A stretch of 64,000 nucleotides of DNA from Octopus bimaculoides (Eukaryota): contig NC_068982.1 in assembly GCF_001194135.2 (NCBI RefSeq), positions 180,472,774 through 180,536,773 on the forward strand, given 5' to 3'. A model generated the notes under the pieces. It saw only the letters and a program-made list of their open reading frames with translations, had not been told where the DNA came from and did no database searches. Below are positions 38,941 through 50,492 of the stretch, piece by piece. Within the stretch, counting starts at the first letter, position 1; every line of letters starts with the position of its first letter. Both the position numbers and the translations under genes were made by a program.

Positions 38941-41067
38941 GGATCTGTTCAGTTTCAATCACAGATTTAAAAATTAATTTTTTAAAAATTAAACAGATTG
39001 AAACTCCGTATACTGGTAGAATTTCTCACGTAGAACACGGTTTACTCTGAACGTTTTTGACAAAATTTCGTATTTTAGAAGTTATTTTGTGTTAAAGTTG
39101 TATTTCGTTAATTTTAAGTAATCAATTACACTTAGTTCAAGAAATGTACTGCTGTTTGCGGAAGTACAACAACTTCCGGGGTCATCTCTACTAAATGCAT
39201 TTTTCAACCGCGAGTGGTTTATTCGGATGGTTCTTTAGCTTGGCCGCTGTGTTTTGGGATATATTTACTTACTGCCTGTGATTATTTTCACCACTCTATT
39301 CTATTTTATTTTTGCTTACTTGCCTGCGTTAATGTCGAGATTTATTTTCGCCAACTTTCGTTTACTTGCCTGCGTTAATGTCGAGATTTATTTTCGCCAA
39401 CTTTCGTTTACTTGCCTGCGATAATTTCGGGATCTATTTTCACCAACTTTTCTTTACTTTCCTGCGTTAATTTGTATATGTTACACCTGCCTGGTTATTT
39501 TTTTATATGCGCGAGCTGTGTATGTATTGCCATGAAATCTTACAGTGCATTTCAAAGTTTAATATCCTGCATTAAAATTGATTTAATCTGCTTGTATTTT
39601 TCAATGTATCCCTGCTTTCGTATGCGTTACACGTGCCTGGTTATTTTTTATATGCACCTCTGCCCGAACTCTATATGTACTGCTATGAAATCTTATAATG
39701 CATTTCAAAGTTTAACATTCCGCATTAAAATTGATTTAATCTCTATCCATTTTTGTCTTTTTTTCTTTTGTGTACATCGTATACATGCTTCGTTATGTGT
39801 TAGGTTAGGTTTAGAGCTATGGTTTAGAATTAGGGTTAAATAACATGCTAAAGTTTAAATGGCCACGTATACTGTATGCTAAAGTGGCACTAAAGATTAA
39901 TTGAAACAGATTACCTATCAGAAATAAAGTCATGAAAGAGTTATCAGTGTCAGCACACTTTATTTCACATTTTCATGTTTTTGAGGGCAATAAAATAAAA
40001 TACGAGATACGTAAGTACTGGGTCAATATACTTGACTAATTGTGTGCTCCTATAAATTTCCTTGCTTTGTGCCTCTGTTAGAAATTCTTATTAGTACTAT
40101 TACTTAGTGCGAGTAATAGAAAAATGGTGTTTAGAAAACATTTGCAAGCTTCCTCAAACTGTTAATGTAAATGTAGATGATGTTTTTTCAACTTCTGTAA
40201 ATTAACGTCTGAGAAAAAAGTGATTCCTTGTAGAGGTTGCCATTCTAGAGGGAAATGATTGGATAAAATATTTAGTGTAAAGTTTGAGCTGTGAGACATG
40301 TTAAAGATGATGATGTGGGTTCAGTTTGATATAGTATACAGCTTATTAATTCACAAGAATAGCAGAGGCTGCTGTTTTTTCTTTTATTTAACTTTTTCTC
40401 TGTTTTATTTGAACAATAAAACAGAACTAATAAGAATTTCTAACAAAGGCACAAGCAAGAATTTTTTTAGGAGGACACAATTAGTCAACTACATTGACCC
40501 AGTACTTACATATCTAGTATTTTATTTTATTGCCCTCGGAAACATACAAAAGCAGCAGGGATACATTGACAAAAACAAGCTGAGATTATATCAATTTTAA
40601 TGCACGATATTAAACTTTGAAATGCACTGTAAGATTTCATAGCAGTACATACACAATTCGGGCAGAGGTGCATATAAAAAAATAACCAGGCACGTGTAAC
40701 ACATACAAATTATAACAGGCAAATAAACAAAAATAGAATAGAACAGTGCGGTGAAAATAATCACTGGCAATAGGTTAAAATATCCAGAAACACAGCAGCG
40801 AAGCTAAAGAACCATCCGAATAAACCACTCGCGGCTGAAAAATGCATTTAGTAGAGATGACCCGGAAGTTGTTGCTCTTCTACAAACAGCAGTACATTTC
40901 TTGAGCTAAATGTCATTGAATGGTTAAGATTACCCAAATACGAAATTTTGTCAAAAACGCTCAGAGTAAACCGTGTTCTACCTGAAAAATTCTACCAGTA
41001 TTCGAAGTTTCAAACTTTAATTTGAAAAAATTATTAAAAAATTCTGTGATTGAAACTGAATAGATCC
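38941..41067. mobile_element. Non-autonomous foldback DNA transposon, 2127 bp, long asymmetric TIRs, 8-bp TSD
   Basis: Termini GGATCTGTTCAGTTTCAATCACAGA / RC GGATCTATTCAGTTTCAATCACAGA (24/25); TSD GGCAGTGG at 38933-38940 and 41068-41075; arms 38941-40095 and 40426-41067; no ORF. Confidence 0.9.
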
Positions 41068-41075
41068 GGCAGTGG

Positions 41076-41270
41076 TTAAGTAGTATCGTTAAGGTATCGG
41101 ACCAAATAATTTGCGGTTCTTTACGTTTTGAGTTCAAATCCCGCTGAAATTAACTTTCTCTTTTATCCTCCGAGGCAGAAAACAGAAATCCATCAATGAA
41201 GTAGTGGAATCCATGTCGTCGACAAATCTTCCCTCATATTTCGGGCTTGTTGCCTATGTTAGAACAATGC
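41076..41270 (+). mobile_element. Old SINE family A copy whose head (38930-38940) was split off by the foldback insertion
   Basis: Joining flanks gives AAGGCAGTGG-TTAAGTAGTATCGTTAAGGTATCGGACCAAAT...TTTGAGTTCAAATCCCGCTGA, alignable to the SINE A head. Confidence 0.7.
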
Positions 41271-41329
41271 ATCATCACCCTCAGCACCATCGTCACAGCT
41301 GACACCGTGGTAGTGGTGATTTTCTAATA

Positions 41330-42170
41330 GTTCTGTGCTCGTCTCGTCTTCACCATCAGCTTCAGCTCCGTGCTCTTGAGGTTAAAGCAGCATTGCCTTT
41401 CGGAAATGTGGATTTCTGTCTATATACTGCACCCGATTTTCGCTGTTGTGGATTTATTTTGTTGTTTCTGGCGTCATTTTAGTGTTTTTGCTGTTGTGTT
41501 ATATACACAAGTTTCGTAAATGTTGCAGGTTGATCTTATATGTTCCACTTTCAGTGATTATGTAGAGTACGCTGCCTTACATTAACGGTTGCTCCAGTCA
41601 AGAATCTGAGTTAGATCATATGTTGATCATTTTATAAAATCTTCTCTGTGCAAAGTATGCGTGTATTATATGTTTAGTGGAAGAGAATGTGTTTGTATTA
41701 GACGCGCTATTTATTAGCTGCTGATTGTATAGTGTAATAGCTGTGAAGTCTGGCTTATTCAGCTGAGAGTGTCTCAGTTAGGATGTGGGCTCTGCTTACT
41801 AGAGATAGCTTCAACAAGGTATGCAACAGGTGTAATGTAAGCCCTAATGTGATTATTATTATACTCTTGTGCTGTTTTGTTGTAATCATATCTTGCGCTC
41901 AAGTTATTATTTTATTTGCAATGCTCCCATTTCCATGTCTCAACGTGCCTATTTCAATTTCAAAACCACTGTAAATTGACATTTTATAGATCTACATTTG
42001 GGCAATGCTTTGGTCAGAAAGAATTTTGGTGTGTATCAATACAGAGACATTTTCGTTCGACTAATAACATTATGAGAAGTGATTGTTTTGATCCTCTTGA
42101 AAAGAAAGAAAAGAAATGTAAGTTTGGTCTGGTACACTTTATATTCCTATAGCCCAGTTAATTTAACTGC
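41330..42170 (-). mobile_element. Possible ancient RTE-like remnant
   Basis: Only scattered peptides (VETW, IHAYFAQRR) resembling RTE ORF2 C-terminal motifs. Confidence 0.25.
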
Positions 42171-42836
42171 CAATTCGATCGTGTTTATGAAGTCTATGAA
42201 TATACTTAAAGAAGGCAAGGACTAAGATGCTGGTAAACATGTCAATTGTCACATTGTTGCATTTACGTAGCCCTCATTTATGGGTAGGAAATTTTCATTT
42301 ATTTCAAATTTGCAGTTATGTATGTTAAGCACTGTAGCTGTACAGTCTTAATGCTAAATTTTGGTTTATCTTTGTTTATAGTTTACATATTAACCCTGAG
42401 AATGTGCTCTATTGTTGTTTTTCACTTTTGCTTACATCTTCTCTTGCAGGATATTATAGTCATGGAATGCTTTATCTCTTTGTTTTTCTTTATAGCCTGG
42501 AATTCTTCTTCTTATTTTTGTCTTTTATTTCTCTATTCCAGCTGCTTTATCCCTTTCTAAATTTGCTACTTCCGTATAGTTAATTTCCAGTTTCTACTTT
42601 ATTATTTCCTTATTTACAGAGAAAAGAATTTTTTCTATCTTTTTCCTGTTGCCGTATTACACTAATCACTTTCCCTTTTCTTCCTTCTTTGTAGTGTTCA
42701 CTTTTTTAATTAGACACCCCCGTTCTTGCCTGTGTGGTTGGTATATTTTATCTCGATCAAGTATGGAATGGCTGATTCAGAACGCAGTTAATAGTCTATT
42801 TGATTTTTTTCTGTCTGGGCTCTTCAACTAATTTTC

Positions 42837-42902
<66 letters not shown>

Positions 42903-43465
42903 CCTGTTCTTTCAATTTTGTTTCCAATTCTTATCGAGTGTCTTCCCGACACCTAGGGCAAAGAAACTCACCGTATACATTGGTAGGTCATTAAAAGAAA
43001 CACATCTGATTTTTCATTTACAAAGTCATGTGATACAAAGAAAGGGGAAGAAAGAAAGAAAGAGGAAAGAAGAAAAATAGGGAAATAATGAAAAAAGAAA
43101 ACAAAGAAAATAAAGGTAGAAAATGAAAGAAAATTCACAGCGACAATGCTCCTCTCAATACGTCAACAATCCTTTGCACTTCTTGCATGGATGGTATGTC
43201 ATGGACCATCCTCAAATAATTTTCAATTCCCTTTTTGATCATTCCAACTGTTCCCACAATCACTGGTATGGTAACCGTCTTGAGATGTTGCACATTGTTG
43301 ATTCCACTGAGCAAATTTTCATATTTTCTGAGCTTATCAAATTTATTTGCCGAGATATCATTATCACAAGGTATGCTCATCACAAGGTCAATCAATAAGC
43401 AGACTTTATTGTTTTGGTTTTTTACAACACTACCTTGTTTATTAGCTTCGATGGTTATGTATGTA

Positions 43466-44760
43466 TCAGTTTGGTAAGAAAGTTCTTGGACACTTTTAAC
43501 ATATCACTCTTAACAATTAAAAAACAACAAAGAAAATCAATCCGAAAGGTAATCACCCTCGCTATCGATCACCTTTTGCCATCTTTCAGGCAAAGTTTTG
43601 AATCCTTTCATCCAGAAATCCCGTGGCTTTGAATCAATAATGTCGTCAAGGAAAGATTTCACATCTTCTTCATTTACGAACTCTGTATCACCAATCGCGC
43701 GTTGCAAGGCAGAGAATAAGTGTTTGTGAGAAGGGGCAAGGTCAGGTGAAAACGGTGTGAGCACTATAATCTCCCAGTCGGCCACCTTCAGCTCCTCTGA
43801 CGTCTTCTTTGCACGATGTTCTGGCGCACTGTCTTGGTGGAAAATCTTCTTCAAATTTGAGCGTTTTTCGGCCAGCGCGATTTTAGACGGTCGATTTGTT
43901 CGCAGTAGATATCCTTGCCAACGGTGGTATTGCGTGGGAGAGGATCCAACATGATCACATCACGGCAATCTCACCAAACTGAGATCATAAGCTTCTATTG
44001 CACAAGCGGTCCTTTTGGCGAAGGTTTTAGCTGTTGACCTTTGCTACACCAGGATCGTCTGTGCCTCACGTTGGAGTACAGTACTTTCTTTTCATCCATA
44101 GTCATTACTGCCTCCAACCAATCGAATCTTCGGCTTCGCCAGAGCAGACTTTGTCATGCAGTGACACGTGCTCGTTTGTTCACTTCAGTTAATTCATGTG
44201 GCACCCTTTTTCCAAGCTTGCTGACCTTGACGAGACGATGCAGTTGGTTGATGATCGTGACATGGGTGACGCCAAACTCTACCGCAAGCTGACATGCAGT
44301 TTGCATTGGATCGGTTTCAATAACTTGCAACAATGCATCATCATCGATCTCTCCTGGGCGCCCGCCTCATGGTTGATCTTCCAGTGAATAGTTGTCAGAT
44401 TCAAAGCGCTGATACCAATTACCGCAAATACTTTTCGAGACAGTGCAAGGGCCAAACGCTTCGCAGATTAGTTCAGCTGCGTCACGCACAGATGTGCCAT
44501 ATTTGAAGATATACAGTATGACGCCACGCAGAGCCAAATTTGGAAGTGCAATATTTTAAGCCATTTTGCGCAAAAAGTGATGTATTTCGCAAATACAACA
44601 ACTGACACATAAAGCTAAAAAGCTAATGAGCAAATAGAGTGATTGTCAGTATTTATATAGTCACAATAGACACGCTGGCTGCTTCTCATTGGTTGGTGAC
44701 GCTGATTGGTTGCGAGATTGAAGGCGGCTTGGTTGTCCAAGAACTTTCTTACCAATATAA
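43466..44760 (-). mobile_element. Full-length defective DD34D mariner, 1295 bp
   Basis: TA TSDs 43464-65 and 44761-62; 28-bp TIRs with identical 22-bp core TTGGTAAGAAAGTTCTTGGACA. Confidence 0.95.
43537..44564 (-). pseudogene. Mariner transposase pseudogene (~342 codons)
   Basis: GRP, RVPHEL, MTMDEK, HQDSAP, FSPDLAPSH with 34-residue spacing (last D replaced by H); five in-frame stops and one frameshift near 43880. Confidence 0.95.
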
Positions 44761-45326
44761 TATGGACTGGAAAGTCTCAAAGAATCGTTACATTTTCTCC
44801 CTCAGTTACAACTTCAGGGCGGTGCTAGTACTATTTGTTAGCAATTTCGATTTTATAATCTCGACATATTAACCAGTGCAGATATTGACCAATTCTGCCA
44901 TGTCTTGATTTATACTCTACCGGTGCTAAAACCGTACACCCACATCTTAGCTGGTCCACTGTTTCGATCTGATCGTTGAAATATCGGCACTTTAGGTCTA
45001 CTCCAAAAAAACCATCATATTGACTTGGTAGTTATCAGTCAATAATCTCTGATCTTAAGCAGCTAAGATAAACCATTCGCTCTCTGCCTTTAGCAGTGAG
45101 CCCCGTATCCACTGATGAATGTGCTTCTGGTCTACATCAACTTGTTTGCTACGTGCCGCATATTTGCCATGCAGCTAATTGTTCAAATGCATTTGCCATG
45201 CAGCTAATTGTTCAAATGCATTTATCGTTGCCGTTGTTTTCACCTTCTTTGCAGCAACGGTTGCTGCACTTTCATCAAGCTGTTCAACCTGGGTATAATG
45301 CATAAACTCACTTATATAGGCTATAG

Positions 45327-45408
45327 TAGAATACACTTGCCGAAGGTGCCACGCAGTGGGACTGAACCCAGAGCCATGTGGTTTTGAAGCAAGCTATTTA
45401 CTACACAG
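45327..45408 (-). mobile_element. SINE family B head fragment
   Basis: RC GCTGTGTAGTAAATAGCTTGC...GGGTTCAGTCCCACTGCGTGGCACCTTCGGCAAGTGT. Confidence 0.85.
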
Positions 45409-45774
45409 CAGTTTGCAATGTTTTACTAAAAGTGAGAATTATAAACGTCACTAAATGAGACTAGGGTGTTACATTGCTAGAAATAGGAGCTAAACCGCTC
45501 TAATGCTTAACGCACATGAATGAAAACATATGCACTAACAGGGACGATAATCACCCCAAAAGTGCCGATTGAGAATTCTTAATACTGACGCGTTACTTTC
45601 GGCAATATCCGTTGCTTCCTCAGTTAAGACAGCACGACTGTACGGCTCTTTCCGGACTCGCTTCGCCATTAGTATTTATATTTTCGTCATCCCAAAAATT
45701 GGATGGTTTAGCGATCGCTAATGTGTATATATAGGATTAATACAAAGAGCAGTTTGCAATGTCTTACCATATAT

Positions 45775-45935
45775 GTGTGCTAGAGTGGCTGTATGTTTAG
45801 AAGCTTTCCGACCACATGGCTCCGGGCTCAGTCGAACTGCGTGGCACGTTGGGCAAGTGTCTTCTACTATAGCGTCGAGCCGACCAAAGCCTCGTGAGTG
45901 ATTTTGGTAGACAGAAAGTGAAAGAAGCCCGTCAT
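45775..45935 (+). mobile_element. SINE family B head running into (TA)n and a gap
   Basis: GAGTGGCTGTATG...TTGGGCAAGTGTCTTCTACTATAG...GAAAGAAGCCCGTC. Confidence 0.85.
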
Positions 45936-45937
45936 AT

Positions 45938-45988
<51 letters not shown>

Positions 45989-46850
45989 NNNNNNNNNNNN
46001 NNNNNNNNNNNNNNNNNNNNNNNNNNNNNNNNNNNNNNNNNNNNNNNNNNNNNNNNNNNNNNNNNNNNNNNNNNNNNNNNNNNNNNNNNNNNNNNNNNNN
46101 NNNNNNNNNNNNNNNNNNNNNNNNNNNNNNNNNNNNNNNNNNNNNNNNNNNNNNNNNNNNNNNNNNNNNNNNNNNNNNNNNNNNNNNNNNNNNNNNNNNN
46201 NNNNNNNNNNNNNNNNNNNNNNNNNNNNNNNNNNNNNNNNNNNNNNNNNNNNNNNNNNNNNNNNNNNNNNNNNNNNNNNNNNNNNNNNNNNNNNNNNNNN
46301 NNNNNNNNNNNNNNNNNNNNNNNNNNNNNNNNNNNNNNNNNNNNNNNNNNNNNNNNNNNNNNNNNNNNNNNNNNNNNNNNNNNNNNNNNNNNNNNNNNNN
46401 TATATATATATATATATATATATATACGGGGTGTCCACAAAGTCTAGGTACATGGCGTAAATAAAATCATAACATAAACAATTAAATATAAGAAATAATA
46501 ATTTCTTAAAGTACGTGTTAATGCCCATATATATATATATATATATACACATGACCACAACCTCAAGGTTGAACCATATAAAAGAATAAAAGAATATGTA
46601 TATGTACACAAACACACAGCAGATATATCAACTACGCTCGTAGGCATCACTCAAAAATAGGGTAGGAGAAACATGTACAAGCGAAATAAAAAAAAAAAGA
46701 GCGTGGGAGAGAGGAAAAGGAAGGATGAAGAGAGAGAGAGAAAGGGAGAGCGAGAGAGAGGAAATACTTTTGAAAGCAGGAAGAAGCCGAGCTACGCAGA
46801 AATAAGAATCTAGAATGAAATTCATCAACCTCATTCTTCCTTCTCAATAA

Positions 46851-46894
<44 letters not shown>

Positions 46895-46978
46895 TTGCTA
46901 CTGCAACTGCTGCTGCTGCTGTTGTCGCATCTACTACAGTTACTACTACTAATAGCAGTTATAATAATAACCTTTTCC

Positions 46979-47843
46979 AAGGAGGCGAGATGGCAGAATC
47001 GTTAGCATGCTGGGTGAAATGCTTGGCGGTATTTCGTGTGCTTTACGGTCTCAGTTCACATTCCGCCGAGGTCGATTTTATTTTTCAGGGTCGATAACTT
47101 AAGTAGCAGTTGTGTATTGGCATCGATCTTATTGATTGGTTCCCACCCCAAAATTTCGGACCTTGTTCCTAGAATAGAAAAGAATATTCCTTTCTACTAT
47201 GGGCACAAGCCCTGGAATTTTTTTTTTTTGTGTGTGTGTGTGTGTGTGTGGGGGGTGGTGGTTGAGATCAGTCGATTACATACACTCTGGCGCTCAACTG
47301 GCCCTTATTTTATCAACCGTGGAAGGGGACAATCAACGTTGTCGGAATTTGAACTCATAGCGTAAAAACGAGCGAAATGTCGCTAAGCATTTTGCCCGGT
47401 GAAAAACAACAACAATAATAAAAATAATGATACTTTCTATTATAGTCACAAGGCCTGGACTTTGTGGGGAGTGGGATGAGTCGATCACATCGATCCCAGG
47501 GCTCAACTGGTACTTATTTTATCGACTCTGAAACGATGAAAGGTTAAGTCGACCTCGGGGGAATTTGAACTCAGAACGGAGCGATGAGTGAATTACCACT
47601 AAGCATTTCATCCAGAGTGCTAACGATTCTGCCAGCTCACCGCCTTGATAATAATAATCCTTTCTACTATAGGCAATTTGGGGAAGGGGATTACTTGATT
47701 CCATTGACTCCATTGTTTCACTGGTAGTTAGTTTATCGACCCGAAAGAATGAAAGGAAAAGTCGACCTCAGCGGAATTTGAACTCAGATCGTGAAGACAG
47801 ACGAAATACTACTAAGCATTATGCCCGGCGTGCTAACGATTCG
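46979..47843. mobile_element. Cluster of four SINE family A copies: + 46979-47180; - 47190-47400, 47433-47646, 47658-47843
   Basis: Each matches the family head, core and tail; the first two are tail-to-tail. Confidence 0.9.
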
Positions 47844-47846
47844 TCC

Positions 47847-48028
47847 AAGAAGAAGAAGAAAAGAAGAAAGTAGAAGTAGTAGTGTTAATAAAATGTAAGG
47901 AAGAAAAAGAAGTAGTAGTAGGAGTAGTAGTAGTAGTAGGAGGAGGAGGAGGAGGAGGAGGAGGAGAGTAGAAGGAGAAGGAGAAGAAGAAGATGATGAT
48001 GAAGAAGAAGAAGAAGAAGAAGAAGAAG

Positions 48029-48059
<31 letters not shown>

Positions 48060-48091
48060 TGATGATGATGAAGAAGAAGAAGAAGAAGAAG

Positions 48092-48122
<31 letters not shown>

Positions 48123-48197
48123 TGATGATGATGATGAAGAAGAAGAAGAAGAAGAAGAAGAAGAAGAAGAAGAAGAAGAAGAAGAAGAAGAAGAAGA
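47847..48197. repeat. Compound (AAG)n/(GAT)n/(AGT)n/(AGG)n microsatellite
   Basis: Directly visible; source of the poly-K and poly-L pseudo-ORFs. Confidence 0.98.
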
Positions 48198-48380
48198 TTA
48201 TGTAGAAGGCTTAGAAAGGCAGAAGACCGCGAAATAATGAAGTCTAGATAATTTCTAAGTTCAGTATGTATTGACGAACATGGAGAAAGGAATTTCCTGT
48301 TTACTGTTGTTTTAAGCCAAATTTTAATAAAATAAGAAATACAAAAGAATCCTATTTCTATTTCTCTGCCTCTGTTACAG

Positions 48381-48509
48381 TCGGTTTCACTATATGTGCA
48401 TAGGAAATATTGCACAATAGCTCTGCCAGAAATGAGTAAAACAGTCAACTCGTTAGTTATGAATCTAACAAACAGATGCATACTTAACATATCCTACTTA
48501 TCCATTTCT
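48381..48509 (+). CDS. Weak candidate internal exon, 129 nt, phase 0-0 (SVSLYVHRKYCTIALPEMSKTVNSLVMNLTNRCILNISYLSIS)
   Basis: Strong pyrimidine tract ...CTCTGCCTCTGTTACAG|, donor |GTATGT, only frame 0 open; no recognised domain. Confidence 0.18.
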
Positions 48510-48935
48510 GTATGTCTCTTTATCTCACGATATTTGACACAAGCATGTAGTGAAACCCTCACTCACGCACGCACACGTACACACATACACACGTGCACAC
48601 ACACACACTTATACACAGAAACACGCAAATACGCACACGGACTTTCCACATCGCAAACACTAACATACATTCATCTATTCATCCATACACTGACACGCAT
48701 ATAAGTGTATATGTGTGTGTGTGTGTATACAAACACGCAATCACACACACACATACACACAGGCACACACGCGCACACAGACACACGCATATGTGTATGT
48801 GTGAACGTACATATTTCAAAAGTATGTGAAGTGTATACACATATATAAGCGTTTTGTTCTGTTGTAGACTAAGAAATTAGTATCTATTTCTGTAATCTGC
48901 TCCTGCAATCTTATTTTCCAGGTTATTAACCTCGT

Positions 48936-48976
<41 letters not shown>

Positions 48977-50026
48977 NNNNNNNNNNNNNNNNNNNNNNNN
49001 NNNNNNNNNNNNNNNNNNNNNNNNNNNNNNNNNNNNNNNNNNNNNNNNNNNNNNNNNNNNNNNNNNNNNNNNNNNNNNNNNNNNNNNNNNNNNNNNNNNN
49101 NNNNNNNNNNNNNNNNNNNNNNNNNNNNNNNNNNNNNNNNNNNNNNNNNNNNNNNNNNNNNNNNNNNNNNNNNNNNNNNNNNNNNNNNNNNNNNNNNNNN
49201 NNNNNNNNNNNNNNNNNNNNNNNNNNNNNNNNNNNNNNNNNNNNNNNNNNNNNNNNNNNNNNNNNNNNNNNNNNNNTATATATAATATGCATATCAACAC
49301 CATGTGAGTATTTTTGTTTTTTGTTCAGAATAACCATCATCTTGTGTTGTAAATTAATCTGTAACGATCAGAAGCCTACGTGACAATATACTTTGAGGAA
49401 CAAGATTATTACCTTGTATAGATCGAACTTATTACAAGCAGTATCGTACAATTATTCTATAGTGTCTAGTCATATTTCGTTAAGTATGAGTGGCGGACAG
49501 TTGTAAACTTGATGGTCTTGTGAATGGGATTTCTGTATTCTTATTATATTCTCTTCCGTTTTTTGGGTATTGCCGATAAGAGATATTTTATTACAAGGTT
49601 TATGTGATTTGAGTAGGAAGAATACATTATGAAAGTTATGGATCTTTCCGTTATGTACTGCTAGATTCGTTTATCATGCCGAAAGCGATACTATTGAGTT
49701 TGAATGTTTAGGAATTCAAAAATCAAAAGCAGAAGCAAATATATCAAATAAAATAAAATTAAATTAAAATGGCTCACAATTGCATACGCACATAGATTAA
49801 CAGACAACATCCTATATGTGTATACACACAGTATAATCACCTCAAATTAGAGTTAAATACATATAAGGAAACATGGAAATATACAAAGTAGAATACACAC
49901 ACATACACACACACAGAGCAACACACACATGTAGTTAAACATATATCAATGCCATTTCAAAATATAACCACATGTGAATAGTTGGTGATTTTCTTCCTCT
50001 GTCTTCCTTTTCTATTGGGCTTTCCT

Positions 50027-50062
50027 GTTTCTGAAAAAGAGCATCTGCTTGAAACATTAAAC
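50027..50062 (+). ncRNA. Degenerate minimal hammerhead motif of Penelope type, in a probable solo pLTR-like repeat (~49955-50160)
   Basis: GTTT-CTGAAAA-A-GAGC ATCT GCTT-GAAA-CATT-AAAC; two substitutions from CTGAAGA...GAAACGTT. Confidence 0.45.
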
Positions 50063-50492
50063 CATCTTTCTTTCCTTCCCTGAGCGTCTGCTAATACTTT
50101 ATATGTATTATATCCTCACGTTGTTTTTTGTGTTTGTTCTTCGTTTTCTTGGATTTACTATGTATGCATGTATTTATTTAAGTAGGGTGTGTGTGTGTGT
50201 ACGTATGTATTTATATATATACACACATACCCACACACATATATATATATATATACACATATGCTTACAAGATGTAATCATCCCATCACTCACTCAGTGA
50301 TTAGAACCACTGTCAGCATGTGTATATATTTGCGCATTTCCTACAGCATTAAGATCATTTTAACTCTTATTTCTAGCAATGCAGGTGTCTTGATACCCTT
50401 AGTTACATTTAGTTACGATTGAAATTTTCCTTTACGGTATCATTATGCTTAGCTGTTGCACTATTTTGTTGACATCTTAAAAAAATTGGGAG

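Larger units (their letters stand above)
43135..45300 (-). mobile_element. R4-type RLE non-LTR fragment split by the mariner insertion
   Basis: LHGKY...HQWIRGSLLKAESEWFILAA*DQ...CRYFNDQIETVDQLRCGCTVLAPVEYKSRH...ENVTIL*DFPVH | TYITIEANKQGVV...CLLID...PVIVGTVGMIKKG...VLRGALSL*. Confidence 0.88.

Noticed and set aside
47885-48490. 201-aa Leu-rich ORF and opposite poly-Lys ORF
   Set aside because: Derived from the (AAG)n array
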